DNA from: Armatimonadota bacterium
GTDB taxonomy: Bacteria; Armatimonadota; Fimbriimonadia; Fimbriimonadales; Fimbriimonadaceae
Direction: 5' to 3'
Assembly: GCA_022563855.1 (NCBI GenBank)
Contig: JADFMN010000005.1
Location: 132,623 to 196,622, forward strand
DNA length: 64,000 nt
Shown: piece after piece, positions 8,430 through 18,459 of the stretch
Layout: each line of letters opens with the position of its first letter
Position numbering within the stretch: the first letter of the stretch is position 1
The notes under the pieces: model-generated
The model's database searches: none
Seen by the model: only the letters and a program-made list of their open reading frames with translations
What the model was told of the DNA's origin: nothing
Made by a program: the position numbers and the translations under genes

Positions 8430-9370
8430 CTTGTTCGTCCTGGTGAACGACTGTCAAACGCGACCTGCTCGAGGAGCGCATGCCGCCAACCGCGCGTTGA
8501 GACGAAACACCCTTCCACGCGGAGCAGGTACAGGCAGCGCTCCAGGATCAGTGCGCCGGCGTGGATCGTGAGTTCGCGGCCCTTCTCTAGCCCAGGCAAA
8601 CCCGCTCGTTCAGCTGCGGTCAGGTCGCACAATGTGCCGACCGCGCTGCCGACGTCCGAATAACTGAGGTACGCGCCGTGAACGAGCGCAGCATCCCACG
8701 TAGTCATCCTCTCACGCATGGTCACCAGGTTCGTCCCCGTCGCGCCGAGAGTCACAGCGACGTTTGGTTCGCTGGCCGGGGGCTGCGCCGACAAGGCCGA
8801 GTCGATCTGCGACGTGGCCGCGAGCCGCTGGCCGCCGTTGGGGCTGTCGTAACCCAGCACTTCGTCGCAAAGTCCGAGCGCGCCGATCCTGTAGCTCGTC
8901 GATGACAAGGTACTCCACGAGTCGCCGTCTCGCTGGGCGATAACGATCTCCGTCGAGTGGCCTCCCGGATCGACGATGGAGATGCACTCGTGTGAGGCAA
9001 ACACAGGGTCCTCGAGCACACAGAGAAGCCCCAGTTCGGCTTCTCGCTCGCCTGAAATGACCTCGACCGGCGTGCCCTGCGCTGCCGCCTTTTCACGAAA
9101 CTCGTCACAGTTGGATGCGATTCGCAGCGCCATCGTCCCGACCGCGGTCACCTTGGCAGCGCCGAACCCGGCCGCTCTCTTATTCGCCTCCGCAATCGCG
9201 TCCAAGGTGCGAGACATAGACTCCGGCTGAAGCTCACCGCCCGAGCCAAGCCCGGTGCCGAGACCGGTCACCTCGCTCGATTCAAACACCGTGCGCCAAC
9301 CTGAACCGTCGAACTCCGCCACCAAGAGCAGGATCGAATTCGAACCGACATCGATGACCGCAGCACGCAC
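8426..9370 (-). CDS. Ppx/GppA-family phosphatase (exopolyphosphatase-like)
   Basis: N-terminal MRAAVIDVGSNSILLLVAE plus downstream GTMALR and VDPGGHSTE resemble the ASKHA-fold Ppx/GppA phosphate-binding motifs. Confidence 0.7.
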   Translation of the reverse strand: MRAAVIDVGSNSILLLVAEFDGSGWRTVFESSEVTGLGTGLGSGGELQPESMSRTLDAIAEANKRAAGFGAAKVTAVGTMALRIASNCDEFREKAAAQGTPVEVISGEREAELGLLCVLEDPVFASHECISIVDPGGHSTEIVIAQRDGDSWSTLSSTSYRIGALGLCDEVLGYDSPNGGQRLAATSQIDSALSAQPPASEPNVAVTLGATGTNLVTMRERMTTWDAALVHGAYLSYSDVGSAVGTLCDLTAAERAGLPGLEKGRELTIHAGALILERCLYLLRVEGCFVSTRGWRHALLEQVAFDSRSPGRTS

Positions 9371-9410
9371 GGGCGGAGTCTACTTGCCTGCGGCCAGTAC
9401 AATTGGCGCG

Positions 9411-10871
9411 ATGGCAAGGTTGCTCGGTATCGACGTCGGCACATCTGGCGCAAAGGCGGTTCTGATCGACGAATCGGGCGCGGTGCTGCGGCAGGCGTCC
9501 AGCCCGTACGAGTTATCCACACCCCAGCCGCGATGGGCGGAGCAGGATCCGGCCGACTGGGTGAGAGGCGTTCTCGAGTGCATCGCGCAGATCGGAGAGA
9601 GCAGCCCCGACGCGATCGGATTGACAGGGCAGATGCACGGATCGGTCTTTCTCGACAAGGACGGAGAAGTGCTCGCGCCGGCGATACTGTGGTGCGATCA
9701 GAGGACCGGGGCCGATTGCCGAGAGATCGAAGAAGCGGTCGGCGCTGAACGACTGGTGGAGATCACCGGCAACCCCGCGATGACCGGCTTTCAACTGCCC
9801 AAAATTCTGTGGCTTCGCAACAACCGGCGGGAGCTGTTCGACAGGCTCGACAAGGTCTTGCTGCCGAAGGATTACGTGCGCCTCGTCCTGACCGGCGCAA
9901 CGGCGAGCGACGTGAGCGATGCCTCTGGCACGGGGCTCCTTGACGTCCAAAAACGCGATTGGTCAGAGGAGATTCTGAAGAAGCTGTCGCTGCCGCCGAG
10001 TTGGTTCCCCGAGGTGTTCGAATCGGATGAAATCGTAGGTGAGACCAGGGAAGTCGAGGGCCTGAAAAGTGGCGTCCCGGTCGTCGCGGGCGCAGGCGAC
10101 CAAGCCGCAGGCGCGGTCGGATCTGGTGCAGTCTCGCCGGGGATCACGAGCGTCAGCCTGGGTACGAGCGGCGTCGCGTTCGCACCTCTTGCGGCACCCG
10201 CCGACCGGCCTGGCCGAACGGTCCATTCGTTCTGCCACGCCAATCGGGCTTGGCACGCGATGGGTGTGATGCTGAGCTGCGGCGGTGCGGTCGCCTGGGC
10301 TCGCGACCTCCTTTATCCGGACGGCGGATTCGACCAGATGAATCAGGAAGCGGCCGCTGCACCGGTCGGTTGCGACGGGCTGACGTTCTTGCCGTATCTG
10401 GCGGGCGAAAGGTGTCCGCACGACGACCCGAGCGCGACCGGCGCGTTCGTCGGCTTGACACTGCGGCACGGCCGAGAGCACCTCGCGCGGGCAGTGTTCG
10501 AGGGAGCGACGTTCGGAGTTCTGGACTGCTTGGATCAGCTCAAGAGCTGCGGCGCGGACCCTGCCGAACTCCGAGTCGTCGGCGGCGGAGCTTCGAGCGA
10601 TTTCTGGATGCAGGTTCTGGCGGATGCGAGCGGGCTTAAATGCTGGAGGCTGTCGGTCGATGAAGGGCCCGCCTCCGGCGCTGCGATACTGGCCGGGGTT
10701 GGGCTGGGAATTTGGCCGGACACCGCCCAGGCGTGCCAGAGTTTGGTGAGCCTAGACATGTCGTTTGAACCGAAGCGAGCCGATTATTCAGAGAGCAGAG
10801 ACCGTTACCGAACGCTCTACCCAGCGCTCAAGACCTGGATTCCGCCAAAGACTTCGGCTACAATAGGGTAA
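9411..10871 (+). CDS. xylB: Xylulokinase (FGGY carbohydrate kinase)
   Basis: ATG at 9411 (MARLLGIDVGTSGAKAVLIDESG). GQMHGSVFLDKDGEVLAPAILWCDQRT and the C-terminal GGGASSDFWMQVLAD are FGGY/XylB motifs. The longer ORF from 9255 would overlap the divergent ppx gene. Confidence 0.8.
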   Translation: MARLLGIDVGTSGAKAVLIDESGAVLRQASSPYELSTPQPRWAEQDPADWVRGVLECIAQIGESSPDAIGLTGQMHGSVFLDKDGEVLAPAILWCDQRTGADCREIEEAVGAERLVEITGNPAMTGFQLPKILWLRNNRRELFDRLDKVLLPKDYVRLVLTGATASDVSDASGTGLLDVQKRDWSEEILKKLSLPPSWFPEVFESDEIVGETREVEGLKSGVPVVAGAGDQAAGAVGSGAVSPGITSVSLGTSGVAFAPLAAPADRPGRTVHSFCHANRAWHAMGVMLSCGGAVAWARDLLYPDGGFDQMNQEAAAAPVGCDGLTFLPYLAGERCPHDDPSATGAFVGLTLRHGREHLARAVFEGATFGVLDCLDQLKSCGADPAELRVVGGGASSDFWMQVLADASGLKCWRLSVDEGPASGAAILAGVGLGIWPDTAQACQSLVSLDMSFEPKRADYSESRDRYRTLYPALKTWIPPKTSATIG

Positions 10872-10933
10872 CCGATTGCGGCTTCCATTTTGAAGCTGGC
10901 GCATTTGAATTTTGTACAGGATCAGCATTGAGC

Positions 10934-12754
10934 ATGATTGACGACCAGACGACCACGACTGACCATGGCGCGAGCGCGCCAGATGCCGAGGCAACCGACA
11001 AGGTTCAGACGGCCAGTGGTGCAACACCCGATTCTGGGGAGGCTACCGAGACGGCGGGCCCCCTCGACGCATCGACGACCTCCGACGACCATCCAGAGGC
11101 AGGCTTGAATGGGCCAGACGTTTCTGGTGCTCCGACTGACGATCTGACGGAGACCGTTTCCAGCGGGGCGGAGGAAACTACTCCCCCCTCTGCAGACCAA
11201 GAAGCGGCTAGCGCAGAACCCACAGCGCCGACCGACGATAAAGCGGCTGTCGATATGCCTGCGGCAGAGGTCGAGAAACCGCCCGTCACTCCGCAGGAAT
11301 CGGCGCCGACCGAGGAGCGCGCAGCCGACGCCGACCTCTTCGAGGCTGCGATGGCGACTCTGCAAGGGGATGATGCGAGCGAAGCCCGCGGGCCGATCAA
11401 GCGAGGAGATCGCGTGGAAGCGACCGTCATCCAGGTGGAGCAGGATCGCGTGTTCGTCGATCTGGGCACCAAGAACGAGGCCGTTCTCCCGCTCTCCGAG
11501 CTTAGCGATCAGTCGGTCGACTCCGCCCAGGCGATCGTCAAGACAGGCGACAAGTTCGACGTCATCGTCCTCAAGACGGGCAGCGCAGAGGGCGCCCCGG
11601 TCGTTTCAAAGCGCAAGGCGGACTTCGACAACCAGTGGAAGCGCATTCTGCAGTCGTTCGAGGACGGCAAGATGTTCGACGCTCAAGTCGTGGACAGGGT
11701 GAAGGGCGGGCTCGTCGTCGATATCGGGGTCAGAGGGTTCGTTCCTGCGACTCACGTCGGCAGCGGCAAGCTGCGGAATATCGAGCGGTTCGTCGGAGGG
11801 ACTTTGCCGGTCAAGATCATCGAGATTGACCGCGATCGCCGCAAGGTAGTCCTATCAAATCGGATGGCCGAGGACGAGCGCAGGTCCGAGGTCAAGCAGA
11901 ACCTGTTCTCAAATACGAAACCCGGCGACGTTCTAAGCGGGGAGGTTCGCCGGATTACCGACTACGGCGCGTTCGTGGACCTGGGCGGTATCGACGGCCT
12001 TCTTCACATCAGCGAGATGAGCTGGGTGCGAATCGATCATCCGAGGGAGGTGCTCAAGGAGGGACAGGAGATCAACGTGATGGTGCTGCGCCTCGACGAA
12101 GCGAACGGTCGAGTCAGCCTCGGACTCAGGCAGGTGCTTCCGGATCCGTGGATCGATATCAAGAAGAACTATCGCCGCGGCCAAAAGATCAAGGTGCAGA
12201 TCAGCCGCATCGTACAGAGCGGGGCGTTCGTCAGGCTTCCGGAGGGTGCCGAGGCCTTCTTGCCCATCAGCGAGATGTCGAACCGGCGAATCAAGAAGCC
12301 CAGCGAGGTCATCGAGGTTGGGCAAGAAGTCGAGCCTGCAATCTTGGATCTCCGACCTGATGAGCGGCGGATGGTCTTGACGCTCCGAGAGGGTTCTGGC
12401 TCACAGCGTTCAGGCGGCGGATACGACAGTTACGAGTCTGGAGCGCGCAAAGGCGGCAAGCGCGGGCGAAAGGGCGGCCACCATGAACAGACCGGCGAGG
12501 CCGGTGGAGGCGGTGGAAGAACGCCGACCGGAGGTGCGACGATTGGTGAACGGCTCGGCATGCTCAAGGGCATTCTGGAAGGAGAGGGTGACGCGGCGCC
12601 TGAGGCGGCCGCAGAGACCGACGAATCCTCACAGTCGGCCAAAGCCGAAACAGACGCTGATCCGGCGGAGGCAAAGCCCAGCGATCCGAGTGAAAAGCCT
12701 GCGAAGAGCACTCCAGAGCCGGAGGCGAAGAGCGAAGCCGACTCTGACTCTTAG
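10934..12754 (+). CDS. rpsA: 30S ribosomal protein S1 with long acidic N-terminal and Gly/Lys/Glu-rich C-terminal extensions
   Basis: Four S1/OB repeats (GDRVEATVIQVEQDRVFVDLG..., MFDAQVVDRVKGGLVVDIG..., GDVLSGEVRRITDYGAFVDLGG..., GQKIKVQISRIVQSGAFVRL...). First ATG at 10934; the track ORF begins at a TTG at 10928. Confidence 0.85.
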   Translation: MIDDQTTTTDHGASAPDAEATDKVQTASGATPDSGEATETAGPLDASTTSDDHPEAGLNGPDVSGAPTDDLTETVSSGAEETTPPSADQEAASAEPTAPTDDKAAVDMPAAEVEKPPVTPQESAPTEERAADADLFEAAMATLQGDDASEARGPIKRGDRVEATVIQVEQDRVFVDLGTKNEAVLPLSELSDQSVDSAQAIVKTGDKFDVIVLKTGSAEGAPVVSKRKADFDNQWKRILQSFEDGKMFDAQVVDRVKGGLVVDIGVRGFVPATHVGSGKLRNIERFVGGTLPVKIIEIDRDRRKVVLSNRMAEDERRSEVKQNLFSNTKPGDVLSGEVRRITDYGAFVDLGGIDGLLHISEMSWVRIDHPREVLKEGQEINVMVLRLDEANGRVSLGLRQVLPDPWIDIKKNYRRGQKIKVQISRIVQSGAFVRLPEGAEAFLPISEMSNRRIKKPSEVIEVGQEVEPAILDLRPDERRMVLTLREGSGSQRSGGGYDSYESGARKGGKRGRKGGHHEQTGEAGGGGGRTPTGGATIGERLGMLKGILEGEGDAAPEAAAETDESSQSAKAETDADPAEAKPSDPSEKPAKSTPEPEAKSEADSDS

Positions 12755-12799
12755 AGGAGACGTCTGCACCGTTGGTTTCTCGCTGAGCGTCTTTGTGAC

Positions 12800-13360
12800 G
12801 TGGCCATAATCGCAGGGATAGCCCTGACGGGCGGTATCGCGGAGGGGAAGACGACCGTGTTGGACATAGCCCGCGAGCAGGGCTGGAACGTGTGTTCGGC
12901 GGACGAATTGGCCAAGGAAGTTCTTGAGGACGAGGTCACCCAATCCGAGATCGGACTCATGTTGGGCATGCCGGTGCCGCTAGATCGAGCCGCGCTGCGG
13001 AACAGGGTCGTGCACGATTCCGAGGCGCGCCGCAAGCTGAACAGCGCGGTGCACGGCCTCGTCTGGGAGCGGATAGTGCTGGAACAAGCCGATCTTGTCG
13101 AGATCCCTCTGCTGGTCGAGAGCTGTCTGCAGGGGAAATTCCGCCGGACGTGGGTCGTCACCTGTGGCCGCGAGCAGCAGCTATCACGGCTTGAAGCGAG
13201 GCTCGGGAACCGAGAGGCTGCGGTCCGAATGTTGGCCACTCAGCTTCCGACGAGCGTCAAATGCGCATTTGCAGACCGAGTAATACGAACGGACTTGGCG
13301 ATTGCAGACGTCCAAAATCACGTAGTGGAGCTCTTGCATTCCTACCGAGCATCCAACTGA
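12800..13360 (+). CDS. coaE: Dephospho-CoA kinase
   Basis: GTG start. The P-loop IALTGGIAEGKTTV and overall size fit CoaE. rpsA-coaE are adjacent. Confidence 0.75.
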   Translation: MAIIAGIALTGGIAEGKTTVLDIAREQGWNVCSADELAKEVLEDEVTQSEIGLMLGMPVPLDRAALRNRVVHDSEARRKLNSAVHGLVWERIVLEQADLVEIPLLVESCLQGKFRRTWVVTCGREQQLSRLEARLGNREAAVRMLATQLPTSVKCAFADRVIRTDLAIADVQNHVVELLHSYRASN

Positions 13361-13590
13361 CGGATACCATTAGAGATGCTATACTCCCGACACCAAGAAT
13401 CATAGCAACGAAGGCTCGAAATAGACACAGTTCGGCGCATTTTCCATAATGCGGTTCCCGCAATTGCGTTTGCAACAAGTTTTCAGCTATGATTTGGAGC
13501 GGTGTGCCAAGCGGATCGGAGCTTGGTGGCCGGCTATTCGGACGTGATAATGCGACACATGAAGATTTGGACTGTGGAGGACGCGAGGTA

Positions 13591-15504
13591 GTGAGAAGCT
13601 GTATTTTGGGTTCGAGCGGGCGTTCGCCCGCCCTCGTTTTGGGCGCTGCTTTTGCCGCCATCTTGACGTTCGGCGGGGTGCAGACGGCCTCCGCCCAAAT
13701 TCTTGCCGACAACGCGGTTGCGATCGTTGACTTTAGAGTTACCAAAGATGGCGACACCGCAGACTTGGGCACGGCGGCTGCCGAGTCCATTCGAAGCGAA
13801 TGGGCTGCTACTGCTGCGACCGGTGAGGAGATCATCCCAGGTGAGACGGTCGCTCGCGCTATGGCCAGGCTCGGATTCCGAGATCCGCCCATCGAGAGAA
13901 CTCAACTGATGCGCTTGGGCATGGAGTTAGGCGCACGGACGATCGTGCGGGGCGAAGTCACCGATTGGCGGATAACGGAGGAAGACGGCGGCAAGAAAGC
14001 AACCGTGGCCATGAGGGTGTTCGTGCACGACGTAGCGTCTGGCCTTACGGTAAACGGAGCGGGCCTGTCGGCCCAAACCGGCGTGCGCTCCGATGACACT
14101 CCCGACGCCACGATGTTTCGGGACGCAATGAAGCAGGCCGCGTTCGACGCCGTCAACCAAATCCGCCAGAGGAATCTACCTTCAGCCACGGTTCTCAACA
14201 CGATCACCGATCGCGCTTTGATCAACAAAGGCAGCCGCTCAGGGTTCGTGGAAGGCATGCGAATCATCGTTTTGCGCGGTAGTGACCAGGTTGCGGAGGC
14301 CGTCGTCAGCGACGTCTCGCCGGGGTCTGCGTTCATCAACATCACGCGGACGTACAAGGGCGTACAGCCGGGCGATAAGGTGCGCGTCCTGTACACCGTG
14401 CCAGATATAGGCACGATCGATGCGAGTGGAGGTATGCGGACGAAACGCGGAGGCGGGCGCGTCGGCGGCAGCAACAGCGGTCTCGTTTCGCTGTTGGTCG
14501 TTCTCGTGCTGCTGGCGTTCTTGCTGGGGCAAGGTCGCGCCGGCAACGCAGCGCTCATCTCATCGGTCAACACAGAGGCGATCGTGCTAGCGAACGACGT
14601 CCCGGGTGTGAAGGTCTCATGGAAGCGCGACGCGTTCTTGCGCGGCAACCAGGAAGGCCCGTGGCAGTGGCAGGTGTTCCGCGACGACCCGATAACCCCG
14701 GTCGCGGTCGCGGACGGCGTTCAAGGGAGCATCATAGACGATGCTCTAGGCAGTGCGGCAGGAACCTGGTACACCATGGATCCGCCTGACTTTGGCGTGT
14801 GTCAATCGTTTGAAGATCTCAATGGGACGGCCCCCGTGCCTAACGGCATCGTTCCTGGCACTCCGTACCAGTACTCTGTTCTGGTCATCTATCGCGTCGA
14901 CGCCAGCACCCTTCCGGGCGGCGGCGGCACCACAGGCGGCGGTGGCACCACAGGCGGCGGCACGGGCGGCGGCACGGGCGGCGGCACCACTGGCGGCGGC
15001 ACGGGCGGCGGCACCACTGGCGGCGGCGGCACCACAGGCGGCGGTACGCAAGAAGGCTGGTGCTACTTCGCATCGACGAAGGTGTTCGCAAAAGGGGTGG
15101 CAACACCTCTGGTGCGTGCGGAACTGCGCTCGCCCGACAACGACCAGATCGTCACGACGCCGATCACGTTCCAGTTCACGTCCGTTCGCGGATCTGTGCC
15201 GAGCGTAGTCCTTGAGTACGTCGTGCAACTGTCCGATAGTCCAGGGTTCCCGACGGGTCGAACTATTACGCTCGATCCTTTCGTCGAATTAGTGGAGCCG
15301 GGTGGTCAGACGGTCAGTTCGCCGACGATCGATACGTCGACGTTCCTGCCAGGCGCGACCGACATCTACTGGCGAGTCGGAGCAAAGAACACTCAAGACT
15401 TCCCAGGGCCAGTTCGGGACGCAAGTGGAATACGGTACGTGTTCAGCGGCGTACGGCGCTTCAAGCGCGTCACAGAGCCGCCGGATCCACCGCTCGGCGA
15501 GTGA
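13591..15504 (+). CDS. Large exported/membrane-anchored protein of unknown function (gene 1 of a 4-gene envelope cluster)
   Basis: The preferred start is the GTG at 13591, preceded by GGAGGA (13576-13581). This gives a signal peptide, VRSCILGSSGRSPALVLGAAFAAILTFGGVQTASAQ. There is an internal TM segment (LVSLLVVLVLLAFLLG) and a Gly/Thr repeat linker. The track ORF starts at 13489. Confidence 0.6.
   Translation: MRSCILGSSGRSPALVLGAAFAAILTFGGVQTASAQILADNAVAIVDFRVTKDGDTADLGTAAAESIRSEWAATAATGEEIIPGETVARAMARLGFRDPPIERTQLMRLGMELGARTIVRGEVTDWRITEEDGGKKATVAMRVFVHDVASGLTVNGAGLSAQTGVRSDDTPDATMFRDAMKQAAFDAVNQIRQRNLPSATVLNTITDRALINKGSRSGFVEGMRIIVLRGSDQVAEAVVSDVSPGSAFINITRTYKGVQPGDKVRVLYTVPDIGTIDASGGMRTKRGGGRVGGSNSGLVSLLVVLVLLAFLLGQGRAGNAALISSVNTEAIVLANDVPGVKVSWKRDAFLRGNQEGPWQWQVFRDDPITPVAVADGVQGSIIDDALGSAAGTWYTMDPPDFGVCQSFEDLNGTAPVPNGIVPGTPYQYSVLVIYRVDASTLPGGGGTTGGGGTTGGGTGGGTGGGTTGGGTGGGTTGGGGTTGGGTQEGWCYFASTKVFAKGVATPLVRAELRSPDNDQIVTTPITFQFTSVRGSVPSVVLEYVVQLSDSPGFPTGRTITLDPFVELVEPGGQTVSSPTIDTSTFLPGATDIYWRVGAKNTQDFPGPVRDASGIRYVFSGVRRFKRVTEPPDPPLGE
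14916..15048 (+). repeat. In-frame tandem GGC-GGC-GGC-ACN repeat encoding (G3-4T1-2)n linker
   Basis: ggcggcggcaccacaggcggcggtggcaccaca...; includes a duplicated 27-nt unit ggcggcggcacgggcggcggcaccact. Encodes GGGGTTGGGGTTGGGTGGGTGGGTTGGGTGGGTTGGGGTTGGGT. Confidence 0.9.
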
Positions 15505-15543
15505 ATGGATGCACATGGGAGTTGAATGGACTGAAGTAAGAAC

Positions 15544-15577
15544 GACTTGCCGGTGAACCGAGAGTTCCCGGCAAGTC
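15544..15577 (+). promoter_or_regulatory. Intercistronic hairpin (perfect 10-bp stem, 14-nt loop)
   Basis: GACTTGCCGG (15544-15553) pairs with CCGGCAAGTC (15568-15577). There is no U-tract. It lies between cluster genes 1 and 2. Confidence 0.6.
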
Positions 15578-15595
15578 ATCAGGAATCTCAGGAAA

Positions 15596-18445
15596 ATGGA
15601 AATGAGCAAGTTCAAATATGTGGCAGGGTTGACGGTGTTGCTGGTCGGCATGGTCTCAACGGCGCACGCGCAACTCCCGCCCGGCTGGTTTCTGGAGTGC
15701 TGGATTGAAGAGGAGTCTCCCTACTCCGCCGATTACGGCATCCACGCGATCTGGACCGATCTGATAGGAGCATCGGCTGGCGTCTCTGGGACCGTTCAGT
15801 ACTCCGTCCCCTGCTACCCTTCCGTCATCACATACGATGCGCCCGGACGCATGTCGTTTTGGGTCGGCCTGGGCGGTTCGATACAGACCCCGTTCGACGA
15901 CGGCCTCGCGCTAACGATGGGCGCGCCCTTCGATCCTGCAGGCGACTTCTCCTACATGATCATGCTCAAGGACGACAACGACCCGGCGAACGGGGAGTTG
16001 TTCGGCGACGAAGGCCTGCACACAGCGTGGGTAGGCGCCAGCAAGCGGTACATGGTTCATGGCTGGTCGGACGGCGAGATCGACGTGATCCGCACGATCC
16101 GTCTGATAGGCGATGCTGCGCGCATACAGTGGGACATTCGGAATCTCGGAGAAGAGCCGCGGCCGCTGGGCATGTTCTTCGCGACTGCTGTGGCCATGAA
16201 GACGGGCTTTGGGCAGTTCGACCCGGAGACGAGCAATAGCGCGAACCAGGCGCACTCGCTCCTGACGACCGTCACGGGACGCGCGAAGCTAACGCCAGAC
16301 AACTTCATTGGCTACAGCCTATTTCCGAACGGCAAGCCGTTCCGCCTAGAGCACCGATACGCAACCAGCAGCCCTCGGTTCCCCGACTTCGTCCAATTCC
16401 TGTTCGGTCAGACAGTGAATTCTGGCTTGCGAATCGACAACGTCCCAAGCGAGGATTACGGGAGGGACACTATGGCAGCGGCCGTCGATCTGTTCCTCGT
16501 CGGCAACTACGGCCCCTTCACGCGCCCAGGACTCATCTGGGACAACGTTATCCGTGACCACGTCTTCACGGACCCGCCGGGAGGAACGTCAGAGACGGGG
16601 GACATCTTTATCTCGGCCACGGCGTTCGTGCAGCGGTTCCCAGTTAGGACCGTGCAGCCCGGCGCTATACTTCAGATGTCCCATTACATTAGGAGCGCCT
16701 GGAGCGTGTCGAGTTACTTCGACCCCTACACTGCGATGATCGACGCGCCCAAGGTTCTCAATTCTGATCCTACCGGTCAGGACGGTCTGGCGCCGAATCC
16801 GTTCCAAGTCCGAGCGTACATCGACAACCAGTACGCCGACGTCGACAAAGAGGTCGCCATGCGCAACGTGACGTTCACGATCACGCTCGGAGACGGGTTC
16901 AGCCTGGTCGCTGGCGAGCAGCGGCTGCAAACTCTTGACAGAATCGACCCGAACGAAATAGCGTTCGTCGATTGGTTGGTCGAGAGCGACGGAGTGACCT
17001 TCGGCTCCATACCGGTGACCGTAACGTTCCAACCGCTGCCAGGGCCTGCCAAACAGCTCACGGCCAACGTTGTCGTAGCGGCTACGCCGAGAATTCGACT
17101 CCCGGAGAAGGCGAGCATGATCACCTTCCCATACGAATTTCCGGACAACTCGTTCGAGAGCATCCTGGGGTTGCAACCGGTCGTCGACTTCGTCGCATTC
17201 CGCTGGGACACCGCTCAGGCTCAATACTTGCCGGCGTCGTCCGCGCAGCGCGGCGAAGGGTACTGGATCATTCCGACCGCAGACTTCGGCTTCATCGACA
17301 TGCAAAACGCAAGCCGGGCTGGGGATACGAACACCGGCGGGCTGCTGTACAGCCTCAGTCAGGGTTGGAACATGATCGGCAACCCGTACAACTATCCGAT
17401 TCCGCTGTCGCACCTGATCGCGGTGGCTGAGGACAACCCGGCACAGGTGTTCACCTGGTCGGAGCTCGTCAACAACGGGTTCGTCAGCTCAGCCTTGGCG
17501 CATTGGGATCGCGGCATAAGCGGCGACGGAACCGGTTCGTATCGGTGGACGGTCAGTCAAACGGACGTCCTTGAAGCTCACAAGGCTTACTGGATTTTCG
17601 TGACCGTATTCAAGCCGCTCCGCCTGTCGTGGCCTGCTGTACTCCTGCAGGGCCTGTCGGGCGCGGGTCGCGCAGAGTACGAGAAGCCGTGGAACAGGAG
17701 CGACAAGCAGTGGAGACTGCAGCTGACGGCCAGAACGCAAGACGGCGTGGACACAGAGAACTGGGTCGGCGTGGTCACCGATCCTAGGTTGCGCGACATT
17801 CTGCAGCTTCCGAAGCCGCCAGTCGTCCAGAACGCAAATTCCGGCGTCGATCTCGCGATCTCAGGCGAATACCACGGCAACGAGATTCGGCTTGCGCAAG
17901 CGCTCTCTTCGAGCGCCGGCAAGGTCACGTGGGAGATTTACGTGACGACCCAGAGCGCTGGCGACGTCACGATAACTTGGCCGAATCTTCCGTCGATTCC
18001 GAGGGGTATTCGAGCCAAGCTGACGGATCTCGCGACCAATGAGCGGCGCGATCTCCGCGCAGTGTCCGGATACACGTTCCACATGAGCGAGCCTGGGACG
18101 CGGGCGTTCACGCTGACGCTGGAGCCGGGCGGCTCGAGTCGGCCGGTGATCGGCAACGTCATCGTTAGCCAGCCTCCTGGTTTGAGAAGCGGTGTGATGA
18201 CGATCAGCTATGCGCTGTCGGCGGACGCGCTGGTCTCCATTAGGATTCTGTCCGCCACGGGCAAGGAGATCTATACGGTGACCCGCGGTCGAGCGGACGA
18301 TGCAGGCGAGAACACGGTGACGTGGGCGCTGCGAGACAACGCAAATCGCGCGGTCGCTCCCGGCACGTACAGAGTAGAGATACTGGCCGAGACACCGAAC
18401 GGCGAGCGAGTCAGAAAGATCGTTCCGGTTAACGTGATCCGCTAA
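15596..18445 (+). CDS. Very large exported protein of unknown function with C-terminal FlgD-Ig-like domain (cluster gene 2)
   Basis: 949 aa with signal peptide MSKFKYVAGLTVLLVGMVSTAHA. The C-terminal ~80 aa (VMTISYALSADALVSIRILSATGKEIYTV...TVTWALRDN...APGTYRVEILA) resemble the FlgD Ig-like fold pattern (by eye). Confidence 0.65.
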   Translation: MEMSKFKYVAGLTVLLVGMVSTAHAQLPPGWFLECWIEEESPYSADYGIHAIWTDLIGASAGVSGTVQYSVPCYPSVITYDAPGRMSFWVGLGGSIQTPFDDGLALTMGAPFDPAGDFSYMIMLKDDNDPANGELFGDEGLHTAWVGASKRYMVHGWSDGEIDVIRTIRLIGDAARIQWDIRNLGEEPRPLGMFFATAVAMKTGFGQFDPETSNSANQAHSLLTTVTGRAKLTPDNFIGYSLFPNGKPFRLEHRYATSSPRFPDFVQFLFGQTVNSGLRIDNVPSEDYGRDTMAAAVDLFLVGNYGPFTRPGLIWDNVIRDHVFTDPPGGTSETGDIFISATAFVQRFPVRTVQPGAILQMSHYIRSAWSVSSYFDPYTAMIDAPKVLNSDPTGQDGLAPNPFQVRAYIDNQYADVDKEVAMRNVTFTITLGDGFSLVAGEQRLQTLDRIDPNEIAFVDWLVESDGVTFGSIPVTVTFQPLPGPAKQLTANVVVAATPRIRLPEKASMITFPYEFPDNSFESILGLQPVVDFVAFRWDTAQAQYLPASSAQRGEGYWIIPTADFGFIDMQNASRAGDTNTGGLLYSLSQGWNMIGNPYNYPIPLSHLIAVAEDNPAQVFTWSELVNNGFVSSALAHWDRGISGDGTGSYRWTVSQTDVLEAHKAYWIFVTVFKPLRLSWPAVLLQGLSGAGRAEYEKPWNRSDKQWRLQLTARTQDGVDTENWVGVVTDPRLRDILQLPKPPVVQNANSGVDLAISGEYHGNEIRLAQALSSSAGKVTWEIYVTTQSAGDVTITWPNLPSIPRGIRAKLTDLATNERRDLRAVSGYTFHMSEPGTRAFTLTLEPGGSSRPVIGNVIVSQPPGLRSGVMTISYALSADALVSIRILSATGKEIYTVTRGRADDAGENTVTWALRDNANRAVAPGTYRVEILAETPNGERVRKIVPVNVIR

Positions 18446-18459
18446 CCGTTGGCGAATGC

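Noticed and set aside
13489-13590. Upstream extension of envelope-cluster gene 1 (track start at 13489)
   Set aside because: The extension adds about 34 residues before an otherwise canonical signal peptide. The GTG at 13591 has a GGAGGA Shine-Dalgarno at proper spacing. It is kept as an alternative start only.
14916-15048. Possible CRISPR-like or non-coding repeat array (also considered for 59121-59210)
   Set aside because: The units are 7-15 nt with no spacers of unique sequence. The first array is in frame within a CDS. No cas genes are present. Both are simple tandem repeats.
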